Assembly (NCBI GenBank): GCA_964016885.1
Contig: OZ024740.1
Span: forward strand, 53,320,001 to 53,384,000
Length of the DNA stretch: 64,000 nucleotides
Direction: 5' to 3'
DNA from: Eledone cirrhosa
Lineage: Eukaryota
Below the pieces are notes generated by a model. That model worked only from the letters and a program-made list of their open reading frames with translations, had not been told where the DNA came from and made no database searches. Both the position numbers and the translations under genes were made by a program. Every line of letters begins with the position of its first letter. Position 1 is the stretch's first letter. Below, piece by piece: positions 12,295-42,389 of this stretch.

Positions 12295-13346
12295 ATATTT
12301 ATTAAAATAACAGATTAAAGTTTAAGCAAAGAATCGCTGCTTTCACCCTTAACGGGATCTTCTGAAACTAACAAAGTCAATCTGTAAACGCAGAACTGGA
12401 TATTTCAAAAAACGTTGCGACCGGAGGAAGACAGGAAGACGATACTTTGGTTCGTGGTAACGTTCGCTGGCAAAGGACGGGAAAAAACGAATAATACGTC
12501 ATTAATAGGAGCGGTGAAAAACAATTACGCGCAAAGACAGAACCACGTTTATGGTATAAAAGAGGTCGTAGACTAATGTTCTCTTAGGTGGTGCATAGAG
12601 ACGTTCTCTGGCAGGTGGGTGTGTGTATATGTGTACTTCTTGTTTTAGTTGACTTACGTCTCCGATCATTCGTGTATTTATATGTAGGTATGCGTGTGCG
12701 CTTGTTATATACGTATTTATTTACTTATATACATTGATATAATTATTTATTTATTGGTACACAAGCATACACACACACACACATATTTATATGTGCGTGG
12801 TTTTGTATACCTATTGTAAGGTTTTGCATATGCTTGTGTATGTACGTATCTGTTTGCATGGATGTATTTATTTGTTTCTATTACTTCTGTATTGTATTTA
12901 TTTACTTTGTTCTTAACTCTGTAGCGGAGATTAATTTTAGTCTACGACTTCTGCTATACCATTTACGTGGTTTTGTCTTTGCGTGCTATTGTTCTCCACG
13001 CTCCACATATGACTTATTATCTTCGTTTTTTCGTTCATTGCCAGAGAACGTCTCTATGCACCACCTAAGAGAACATTAGTCTACGACCTCTTTTATATCA
13101 TAAACGTGGTTCTGTCTTTGCGCGTAATTGTTTTTCACCGCTCCTATTAATGACGTATTTGTTTTTTCCCGTTCTTTGCCAGCGAACGTTACCACGAACC
13201 AAAGTATCGTCTTCCTGTCTTCCTCCGGTCGCAACGTTTTTTGAAATATCCAGTTCTGCGTTTTCAGATTGACTTTGTTAGTTTCAGAAGATCCCGTTAA
13301 GGGTGAAAGCAGCGATTCTTTGCTTAAACTTTAATCTGTTATTTTA

Positions 13347-13351
<5 letters not shown>
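12295..13351 (+). mobile_element. Non-coding PLE-type insertion with about 315-bp inverted arms (12295-12613 and 13039-13351)
   Basis: Arms are near-perfect reverse complements. The right arm ends AATAAA-(TA)n, and the same terminus recurs at 63878-64000. Diverged internal duplication 12939-13043 vs 13078-13182. Confidence 0.82.
13280..13330 (+). ncRNA. Variant hammerhead-like motif (CAGAAGA core); also at 12319-12369 (-) and 63901-63951 (-)
   Basis: AGTTT-CAGAAGA-tCCCgttaaGGGt-GAAA-gcagcgattctttgc-TT-AAACT, with outer helix CAGATTGA/TTAATCTG. Confidence 0.6.
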
Positions 13352-13953
<602 letters not shown>

Positions 13954-13959
13954 CACACA

Positions 13960-19673
<5,714 letters not shown>

Positions 19674-19873
19674 NNNNNNNNNNNNNNNNNNNNNNNNNNN
19701 NNNNNNNNNNNNNNNNNNNNNNNNNNNNNNNNNNNNNNNNNNNNNNNNNNNNNNNNNNNNNNNNNNNNNNNNNNNNNNNNNNNNNNNNNNNNNNNNNNNN
19801 NNNNNNNNNNNNNNNNNNNNNNNNNNNNNNNNNNNNNNNNNNNNNNNNNNNNNNNNNNNNNNNNNNNNNNNNN
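19674..19873. other. Assembly gap (200 N)
   Basis: Run of N. Confidence 1.
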
Positions 19874-27822
<7,949 letters not shown>

Positions 27823-28719
27823 ATATTGTTATATTTGGGGAGGGTCATATTTGCGTAATATTGCCAGAATTAATAACAGAAACACACTCACTGTTTGGTT
27901 GGTTTCGCTTCTCGCTGTCTTTTATATAATATATATCTGCGATCTAACTTACTCGGTCCTCAATGTTGCCATTGACTGACCGGCGGTCAAAAATAATACA
28001 GATACAATATAGACAAACACATATATATATAGTTTACATAAATCTTTCGTTGCACATCTGCAACATCGTCAGTGGTGTTATATTCATTGTTCCTCCTGTT
28101 GTGTTGTATGTCTACGCCATTTTTTTGTTCAGTCTGTCTATATATTTATTTATTTATTTGCTTGTTTGTTTATCTTATTTTATTTTGTCTTCTTTGCGCA
28201 TGCGCGTTTGCGTGTGTGTATAGTGTTGTGTGTATAGTGTTATGTGTATAACACTATACACACACGCCAAACGCATGCGCAAAGAAGACAAAATAAAATA
28301 AGATAAACAAACAAGCAAATAAATAAATAAATATATAGACAGACTGAACAAAAAAATGGCGTAAAAAATGGCGTAGACATACAACACAACAGGAGGAACA
28401 ATGAATATAACACCACTGACGATGTTGCAGATGTGCAACGAAAGATTTATGTAAACTATATATATATGTGTTTGTCTATATTGTATCTGTATTATTTTTG
28501 ACCGCCGGTCAGTCAATGGCAACATTGAGGACCGAGTAAGTTAGATCGCAGATATATATATATAAAAGACAGCGAGAAGCGAAAACCAACCAAACAGTGA
28601 GTGTGTTCTGTTATTAATTCTGGCAATATTACGCAAATATGACCCTCCCCAAATATAACAATATTGTTTCGACACACGATTTCATATAAAAAACCTCGCA
28701 AAACTAATTCATCGCCGCT
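27823..28719. mobile_element. Palindromic non-coding insertion (about 390-bp inverted arms) between (TA)n tracts; same family at 63359-63862
   Basis: 27823-28210 is the reverse complement of about 28270-28665. The same spurious ORF appears on both strands (27963 +, 28525 -) and at 63554. Confidence 0.82.
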
Positions 28720-31332
<2,613 letters not shown>

Positions 31333-31339
31333 CGAGATT

Positions 31340-32250
31340 CTAGAGATACGTTTTTGAACAGAATCTCGTCTAATAGAAAGATTTTCGACGAAAAAGCCCA
31401 GTACTACAATGAAGCGTTAGCTAGAGCAGGATATAGTGATAAGATTATGTACATAGATAATGATAGACAAACTAAACAAAATAACAACTATTTTAATTAC
31501 GGCAACAACCTTAACAACTATAATAGAAAGCATTACAATAATTCCAAAAGCCAAAAAAGAAATAGAACTAGGAACATAATTTGGTTTGCCCCCCCCCCCC
31601 CCCCTTTCTCACTAAACATTAAAACCCACATCGCTAAACTATTTTTTAAAGCTCTTGATAATCGCTTCCCTAGAACACATAGGTATCACTCAATTTTCAA
31701 TAGACATACTATAAAATTAACATACTCATCCACCAAAAATTTAGCACAAAATATTAATAGAATAAATAATAGGAACTTAAAACCTAGTGGTAATAGCATA
31801 AATAATATACAAGTTAACAAATGTAACTGTAGAGATAGATCTAAATGTCCGTTAAATAACAACTGCTTAGTTAAAAATATAATATACAATTGTAATGTTA
31901 AAACTGACTCTAATTCTTTTAACTACGTCGGTTCCACATCGACGGAATTTAAACTTCGCTATAATAACCACAAGAATTCTTTCACAGATCCAAGCAAAAA
32001 ATCTTCAACAGCACTATCAGGCGTACTCTGGCAACTTAAGCTAGATAACGTTAGATATTCGACGGCTTGGAATATAGTCTCAAGAGGGATTCCTTTTAAT
32101 TCATCCTCTGAGACATGTGACCTCTGCGCAGAGGAGATATTCTTTATACTAAAATCTAAAAGTTCCCTTAATCTACGGACAAATTTATTCAGTTGCTGCA
32201 AACATAGATTAAACTCAACTTTTAAATATAAATTTAAATTTAAAATGTAG
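31340..32250 (+). pseudogene. Penelope-like element copy 4: RT thumb, linker and GIY-YIG; open frame but 5'-truncated; AT-rich 3' UTR probably runs to about 32850
   Basis: RISSNRKIFD...YYNEAL, RNIIWFAPP, CNCRDRSKCPLNNNC, IIY...YVGST...FKLRYNNH, CDLCAEE, LN...CCKH. Confidence 0.9.
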
Positions 32251-33684
32251 TATATTTAGTTTGATTTATAATTATTTGGGAAACTAGCCGATAAATCTTT
32301 TGATTTCTTCTTTTTATTCTTCTTTTTCTTTTTCTTTTTATTTTTATTTTTATTTAAACATTCTTCATGAAAAATTAAACTACCCTAAAAGTTGATGCTC
32401 CAAATATTTCGAATAAACGTTACACTAGATAAACTTCTATATTAAATATAAGAACACATGTAGACCAAATGGGCATCCTAAACTTTTTGAAATGTTTTTT
32501 GCTAGACGCGATTTGATAAATAATTTTTAGCTTTATCTGTTTTCGACTCTGATGCTTATAATGAACTTGGCAATATATTGTCAATTAATTTTGAAGGGTT
32601 GATCTTTGTGGTTTATTTTTATTATTGTAGTATTTTCTAATATTTTATTTTTAATATGTAATATTTTTTCGTAATATTTTTTAGTTTTCTATTTTATTAT
32701 TATTTATTATTACTATTGCTATTATTTTTGTTTTTGTTTCTGATATTTTTATTAATATATTGAAATCTGTTCTCTATTTCTGCTTGATAGATAATCATGT
32801 GGAGTAAAGACAAGAATAGTATTGTTAAAATTAATATAGACTCTATATATATGTGTATATATATACACATATATGTATACTTAAATTTTTATAGCACAAT
32901 GAGAATGTTCTCCATGAAATTGGGATTTGCAGAGTTGTTCACGTAAATTCACATCGATGTTTGTAGTTATCATATAAACATATGAATTTTTAAAACTAAA
33001 CATAAGATCATTACTTTTCACACATTATGGATACGTGTCTCATTCAGGAATACTGATATTTACATTATAGTGCCTGGTTTTTATACATACTAATACTTCT
33101 ACATTAAAACATAGGGTTTTTATGCCTCGCCTATGTCTGGTTACTTTTCATTTTTCTCTCTATATAACAGCTGGTTTCTCTCCTAACCACATATATCTCC
33201 TTTACATTAATACTAGAGCTAAATAAATAAATAAATAAATAAATGTATCATTGATACGTTTATTCAACGGATGTCCAACTACCCACTTTTCTCTATATAT
33301 ATCTATCTCTATCTATTTCCTCTCTCTATATATATATATCTCTGTTTATTTACATGAAGTTCTTCTCTTTATCTATCTTTCCATCTCTCTATTTTGTTAC
33401 ATACATTTCTTCTTTTTCTTCTTTTTCTTCGTTTTCTTTCTTTCTTTTCTTTCTTTCCTTCTTTCTCTCTTTTTTTCTTTCTGTTTACAATTTTTTTCAC
33501 TGCCAAATCAACTTTTCAAATACAAGTCGATGTTGAACGGTATGTCAAATCTATTTATCTATAAAACTGTCTATATTGTATTTTGTCTGAGGAAGGCATA
33601 ACATATTGTTAATATGGTATCCCTGAAATATATATAATGAAATAAATATGGTTTTATAAATATAGTTTCCATTTATTTAATATC

Positions 33685-33766
<82 letters not shown>

Positions 33767-33978
33767 ATGTATATGTATTTATTATGTTTCTATGTGTATG
33801 AATGTGTGTATGTGTGTATATATGTGTGTGTGGTTGTATATATGTATGGGCATGTATGGATGTGTTGATAATTATGTGCGCATGTATATATGTGTATATG
33901 TATGTGTATGTGTGAATTTCTATACACATATATGTGTGTATATATGTGTGTGTGTGTATGTATGAGTGTATGTATATG

Positions 33979-34033
<55 letters not shown>

Positions 34034-34214
34034 ATGTATGATTTTGTGTGTGAGTGTGCGTGTTTTTGTGTGTTTGTTTGCGTGTTTTTGTGTGTTTGTT
34101 TGCATCTGTAGTTTTATTTTATTTTTCCTTTCCTTCTTCCTTCTCCAGTCTCGATTTCATATAGTTTGTATTTTTGTTTTTAAAATCCAAATTCAATAAA
34201 TAGACCAGGATTTT

Positions 34215-34272
34215 TTCATTCTGAGGATTGAAAGCAAAATCTTTTGCTTTTAAGAAACCACTGGTAAATGGA
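34215..34272 (+). ncRNA. Canonical type I hammerhead ribozyme
   Basis: TTCATT-CTGAGGA-TTGAAAGCAAA-atct-TTTGCTTTTAA-GAAA-CCACTGG-TA-AATGGA. 11-bp stem II, GUA site. Confidence 0.87.
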
Positions 34273-34298
34273 ATAATTGCCTTATGTTGTTTATTACA

Positions 34299-34358
<60 letters not shown>

Positions 34359-34359
<1 letters not shown>

Positions 34360-37300
34360 GGAAAAAATGAAACGAAATTTCATTTCCCACTCTTAGTACG
34401 GCTGTTACTTAATTATAAGTACGTACACGTACATACATATATGTATACAGACGTACAGTAGTATGTATATATATATATACATACATGCACACATATATAT
34501 ATGTACGTATGGTGTGTATGTATGTATATATGTGTGCATGTATGTATGTATATATATATACATACTTCTGTACGTCTGTATATATATATGTATGTACGTG
34601 TACATACTTATCTTTAAGTAACAGCCGTACTAAGAGTGGGAAATGCAATTTCGTTTCATTTTTTCCGTTTATCGTTTTCGGTGCACCCGACCGATTGAGC
34701 CGCTTGATATTCAAATTGGGCTATTCAGCCGTTAATATGCATAAGGAACGTATATACTTTCGGACGTTCAACTATCTGGCAGGAAGGTATACGTTGCTGA
34801 CGATAGCTAACAAGCTTGAAATTAGTACAGCGTTCCTTTGTCAGTGTTGAACAAACGAGCAACGGTGTTTGCTAGACACTACGGCTTAATACAGATGTTT
34901 GTTTACAAACACACCGAGCATTATAATAAATGTTTGGTGAATCCATACGTACATATATATATGTGTGCATGTATGTACATATTTATACATACTACTGTAC
35001 GTCTGTATACATATATGTATGTACGTGTACATACATATATTTAAGAAACGGCCGTACTAAATGTGAGAAATGAAATTTCGTTTCATTTTTTCCTTTTATC
35101 GTTTTCGGTGCACCCAGCCGCGTGACCCACCCGATATGCAAATTGGCTACTCAGCCGTTAATATGCATAAGGAAAGTATATACTTTCGGACTTTCAACTA
35201 TCTGGCAGGAAGTATACGTTGCCGACGATAGCTAACAAGCTTGAAACTAATGCAGCGTTCCTTTGTCAGTGTTGAACAAACGAACAACGGTGGTTGCTAG
35301 ACACTACGGTTTCATCCGGGATGTTTGTTTACAAACACACCAAGCATTATAATAAATGTTTGGTGAATCCATACGTACATATATATATGTGTGCATGTAT
35401 GTAAATATATATATATATATACATACTACTGTACGTCTGTATACATATGTGTATGTACGTGTACATACTTATATTTAAGTAACAGCCGTACTAAGAGTGG
35501 GAAATGAAATATATAAATGAAATATATATATATATATACATACTACTGTACGTCTGTATACAAATATGTATGTACGTGTACATACTTATATTTAAGTAAC
35601 AGCCGTACTAAGAGTGGGAAGTGGAATTTCGTTTCATTTTTTCCGTATATCGTTTTCGGTGCACCCGGCTGATTGACCCACTCGATATGCAAATTGGGCT
35701 ACTCAGCCGTTAATATGCATAAGGAAAACATATACATTCGGACGTACAACTATCTGGCAGGAAGGTATACCTTTTAGACGATAGCTAACAAGCTTGAAGC
35801 TAGTACAGCGTTCCTTTGTCAGTGTTGAACAAACGAGCAACGGTTATTGCTAGACACTACGGGTTAATACGGGATGTTTGTTTACAAACACACCGAGCAT
35901 TATAATAAATGTTTGGTGAATCCATACTTACATATATATATGTGTGCATGTAAGTACATATATTATACATACTACTGTACGTCTGTATACATATATGTAT
36001 GTACGTGTACATAATTATATTTAAGTAACAGCCGTACTAAGAGTGGGAAATGAAATTTCGTTTCATTTTATGCGTTTAACGTTTTCGGTGCACCCGACCG
36101 ATTGACCCACGCGATATGCAAATTGGGCTACTCAGCCGTTAATATACATAAGGAAAGTATATACTTTCGGACGTTCAACTATCTGACAGGAAGGTATACG
36201 TTGCTGACGATAGCTAACAAGCTTGAAACTAGTACAGCGTTCCTTTGTCAGTGTTGAACAAACGAGCAACGGTGGTTGCTAGACACTACGGCTTAATACG
36301 GGATGTTTGTTTACAAACACACCTAGCATTATAATAAATGTTTGATGAATCCATACGTACATAGATATATGTGTGCATGTATGTACATATATATACATAC
36401 TACTGTACGTCTGTATACATATATGTATGTACGTGTACATACTTATATTTAAATAACGGCCGTACTAAGTGTGGGAAAGGAAATTTCGTTTCATTTTTAG
36501 TTTTATCGTTTTCGGTGCACCCAGCCGATTGACCCACTCGATATGCAAATTGGGCTACTCAGCCGTTATCATGCATAAGGAAAGTATATACTTTCGGACG
36601 TTCAACTATCAGGCAGGAAGGTATACGTTGCAGACGATAGCTAACACGCATGAAACTAATACAGCGTTCCTTTGTCAGTGTTGAACAGACGAGCAACGGT
36701 GGTTGCTAGACACTACGGCTTAATACGGGATGTTTGTTTACAAACATAACGAGCATTATAATAAATGTTTGGTGAATCCATACGTACATATATATATGTG
36801 TGCATGTATGTATATATATACTACTGTACGTCCGTATACATATATGTATGTACGTGTACACGCTTATATTTAAATAACAGCCGTACTAAGAGTTGGAAGT
36901 GGAATTTCGTTTCATCTTTTCCGTATATCATTTTCGGTGCACCCGGCTGATTGACCCACTCAATATGCAAATTGGTCTACTCAGCCGTTAATATGCATAT
37001 GGAAAGCATATACTTTCGGACGTTCAACTATCTGGCAGGAATGTATACGTTGCTGACGATAGCTAACAAGCTTGAAACTAGTACAGCGTTCCTTTGTCAG
37101 TGTTGAACAAACGAGCAACGGTTATTGCTAGACACTACGGGTTAATACGGGGTGTTTGTTTACAAACACACTGAGCATTATAATAAATGTTTGGTGAATC
37201 CATACGTACATATATATATATGTGTGCATGTATGTACATATATATACATACTACTGTACGACTGTAAACATACATATGTATGTACGTGTACATACTTATA

Positions 37301-40300
37301 TTTAAATAACGGCCGTACTAAGTGTGGGAAATGAAATTTCGTTTCATTTTTTCGTTTGATCGTTTTCGGTGCACCCGGCTGATTGACCCACTCGATATGC
37401 AAATTGGGCTACTCAGCCGTTAATATGCATAAGGAAATCATATACTTTTGGACGTTCAACTATCTGGCAGGAAGGTATACTTTGCTGACGATAGCTACCA
37501 AGCTTTAACCTCGTACAGCGTTCCTTTGTCAGTGTTGAACAAACCGGCAACGGTGGTTGCTAGACACTACTGTTTAATGTGGGATGTTTGTTTACAAACA
37601 CACCGAGCATTATAATAAATGTTTGGTGAATCCATACGTACATATATATATGTGTGCATGTATGTACATATATATACATACTATTGTACGTCTGTATACA
37701 TATATGTATGTACGTGTACATATTTATATTTCACTAACAGCCGTACTAAGCGTGGGAAATGAAATTTCGCTTCATTTTTTCCGTTTTTCGTTTTTGATGC
37801 ACCCGGCCGATTGACCCACTCGATATGCAAATTGGGCTACTCAGCCGTTAATATGCATAAGAAAAGCATATACTTTCGGACGTTCAACTATCTGGCAGGA
37901 AGATATACGTGGCTGACGATAGCTAACAAGCTTGACACTAGTACAGCGTTCCTTTGTCAGTGTTGAACAAACAAGCAACGGTGGTTGCTAGACACTACGG
38001 TTTAATACGGGATGTTTGTTTACAAACACACCGAGCATTATAATAAATGTTTGGTGAATCCATACGTACATATATATATATGTGTGAATGTATGTATATA
38101 TATATATATACATACTACTGTAGGTCTGTATACATATATATCTGTACGTGTACATACTTATATTTAAGTAACAGCCGTACTAAGAGTGGGAAATGAAATT
38201 TTGTTTCATTTTTTCGGTTTATCATTTTCGGTGGTCCGCCCGAATGACCCACTCGATATGCAAATTGGGCTACTCAGCCGTTAATATGCATAAGGAAAGC
38301 ATATACTTTCGGACATTCAACTATCTGACAGGAAGGTATACGTTGCTGACGATAGCTAACAAGCTTGAAATTAGTACAGCGTTCCTTTGTCAGTGTTGAA
38401 CAAACGAGCAACGGTGGTTGCTAGACACCACGGTTTAATACGGGATGTTTGTTTACAAACACACCGAGCATTATAATAAATGTTTGGTGAATACATACGT
38501 ACATATATATATGTGTGCATGTATGTACATATATATACATACTACTGTACGTCTGTATACATATATGTATGTACGTGTACATACTTATATTTAAATAACA
38601 GCCGTACTAAGATGGGAAATGGAATTTCGTTTCATTTTTTCCGTATATCGTTTTCGGTCCACCCGGCTGATTGACCCACTCGATATGCAAATTGGTCTAC
38701 TCAGCCGTTAATATGCATACGAAAAGCATATACTTTCGGACGTTCAACTATCTGGCAGGAAGGTATACGTTGCTGACGATAGCTAACAAGCTTGAAACTA
38801 GTACAGCGTTCCAATGTCAATATTTAACAAACGAGCAACGGTGGTTGCTAGACACTACGGCTTAATACGGGATATTTGTTTACAAACACACCAAGCATTA
38901 TAATAAATGTTTGGTGAATCCATACGTACATATATATATGTGTGCATGTATGTACATATATATATACATACTACTGTACGTCTGTATACATATATGTATG
39001 TACGCGTACATACTTATATTTAAATAACGGCCGTACTAAGTGTGGGAAATGTAATTTCGTTTCATTTTTAGTTCTATCGTTTTCGGTGCATCCGGCCGAT
39101 TGACCCACTCGATATGCAAATTGGGCTACTCAGCCATTAATATGCATAAGGAAAGCATATACTTTTGGACATTCAACTATCTGGCAGGAAGGTATACGTT
39201 GCTGACGATAGCTAACAAGCTTGAAACTAGTACAGCGTTCCTTTGTCAGTGTTGAACAAACGAGGAACGGTTATTGCTAGACACTACGGGTTAATACGGG
39301 ATGTTTGTTTACAAACACACCGAGCATTACAATAAATGTTTGGTGAATCCATACGTACATATATATATGTGTGCATGTATGTACATATATATACATACTA
39401 CTGTACGACTGTATACATATATGTATGTACGTGTACATACTTATATTTAAGTAACGGCGGTACTAAGCGTGGGAAATGAAATTTCGTTTCATTTTTTCAG
39501 TTTATCGTCTTTGATGCACCCGGCCGATTGACGCACTCGATATGCAAATTGGGCTACTCAGCCGTTAATATGCATAAGATAAACATATACTTGCGGACGT
39601 TCAACTATCTGGCAGGAAGGCATACGTTGCTGGCGATAGCAAACCAGCTTGAAACTAGTACAGCGTTCCTTTGTCAGTGATGAACAAACGAGCAACGGTG
39701 ATTTCTAGACACGACGGCTTAATACGGGATGTTTGTTTACAAACACAACGAGCATTATAATAAATCTTTTGTGAATCCATACGTACATATATATATGTGT
39801 GCATGTATGTACATATATATACATACTACTGTACGTCTGTATACATATATGTATGTAAGTGTACATACTTATATTTAAGTAACGGCCGTACCAAATGTGA
39901 GTAATGAAATTTCGTTTCATTTTTCCGTTCATCGTTTTCGGTGCATCCGGCCGATTGACGCACTCGATATGCAAATTGGGCTGCTCATCCGTTAATATGC
40001 ATAAGGAAAGTATATACTTTCGGACGTTCAACTATCTGGCAGGAAGGTATATGTTGCTGACGATAGCTAACAAGCTTGAAACTAGTACAGCGTTCCAATG
40101 TCAATATTTAACAAACGAGCAACGGTGTTTGCTAGACACTACGGCTTAATACGGGATATTTGTTTACAAACACACCAAGCATTATAATAAATGTTTGGTG
40201 AATCCATACGTACATATATATATGTGTGCATGTATGTACATATATATATACATACTACTGTACGTCTGTATACATATATGTATGTACGCGTACATACTTA

Positions 40301-42346
40301 TATTTAAATAACGGCCGTACTAAGTGTGGGAAATGTAATTTCGTTTCATTTTTAGTTCTAACGTTTTCGGTGCATCCGGCCGATTGACCCACTCGATATG
40401 AAAATTGGGCTACTCAGCCATTAATATGCATAAGGAAAGCATATACTTTTGGACATTCAACTATCTGGCAGGAAGGTATACGTTGCTGACGATAGCTAAC
40501 AAGCTTGAAACTAGTACAGCGTTCCTTTGTCAGTGTTGAACAAACGAGGAACGGTTATTGCTAGACACTACGGGTTAATACGGGATGTTTGTTTACAAAC
40601 ACACCGAGCATTACAATAAATGTTTGGTGAATCCATACGTACATATATATATGTGTGAATGTATGTACATATATATACATACTACTGTACGACTGTATAC
40701 ATATATGTATGTACGTGTACATACTTATATTTAAGTAACGGCGGTACTAAGCGTGGGAAATGAAATTTCGTTTCATTTTTTCAGTTTATCGTCTTTGATG
40801 CACCCGGCCGATTGACGCACTCGATATGCAAATTGGGCTACTCAGCCGTTAATATGCATAAGATAAACATATACTTGGGGACATTCAACTATCTTGCAGG
40901 ATGGTATACGTTGCTGACGATAGCTAACAAGCTTGAAACTAGTACAGCGTTCCTTTGTCAGTGTTGAACAAACGAGCAACGGTGGTTGATAGACACTACG
41001 GCTTAATACGGGATGTTTGTTTACAAATACACCGAGCATTATAATAAATGTTTGGTGAATCCATAAGTACATATATATATGTGTGCATGTATGTATATAT
41101 ACATATACATACTACTGTACGTCTGTATACATATATGTATACGTGTACATACTTATATTTAAGTAACAGCCGTACTAAGAGTGGGAAAGGAAATTTCGTT
41201 TCATTTTTTCCTTTTATCGTTTTCGGTGCACGCAGCCGATTGACCCACTCGATATGATAATTGGGCTACTCCGCCGTTAATATGCATAAGGAAAGCATAT
41301 ACTTGCCGACGTTCAACTGTCTGGTAGGAAGGTATACGTGGCTGACGATAGCTAACAAGCTTGAAACAAGTACAGCGTTCCTTTGTCAGTATTGAACAAA
41401 CGAGCAACGGTGGTTGCTAGACACTACGGCTTAATACGGGATATTTGTTTACAAACACACCGAGCATTATAATAAATGCTTGGTGCCTCCATACGTACAT
41501 ATATATATGTGTGCATGTATGTATATACATACTACCGTACGTCTGTATATATATATGTATGTACGTGTACATACTTATATTTAAGTAACAGCCGTACTAA
41601 GAGTGGGAAGTGGAATTTCGTTTCATTTTTTCCGTATATCGTTTTCGGTGCACCCGGCTGATTGACCCACTCGATATGCAAATTGGGCTACTCAGCCGTT
41701 AATATGCATAAGGAAAACATATACATTCGGACGTACAACTATCTGGCAGGAAGGTATACCTTGCAGACGATAGCTAACAAGCTTGAAACTAGTACAGCGT
41801 TCCTTTGTCAGTGTTGAACAAACGAGCAACGGTTATTGCTAGACACTACGGGTTAATACGGGATGTTTGTTTACAAACACACCGAGCATTATAATAAATG
41901 TTTGGTGAATCCATACTTACATATATATATATGTGTGCATGTAATTACATATATTATACATACTACTGTACGTCTGTATACATATATGTATGTACGTGTA
42001 CATAATTATATTTAAGTAACAGCCGTACTAAGAGTGGTAAATGAAATTTCGTTTCATTTTTTCCGTTATCGTTTTCGGTGCACCCGACCGATTGACCCAC
42101 TGGATATGCAAATTGGGCTACTCAGCCGTTAATATGCATAAGGAAAGTATATACTTTCGGACGTTCAACTATCTGACAGGAAGGTATACGTTGCTGACGA
42201 TAACTAACAAGCTTGAAACTAGTACAGCGTTCCTTTGTCAGTGTTGAACAAACGAGCAACTGTGGTTGCTAGAATGAAGGGCTTAATACAGGATGTTTGT
42301 TTACAAACACACCGAGGATTATAATAAATGTTTGGTGAATCCATAC

Positions 42347-42389
<43 letters not shown>

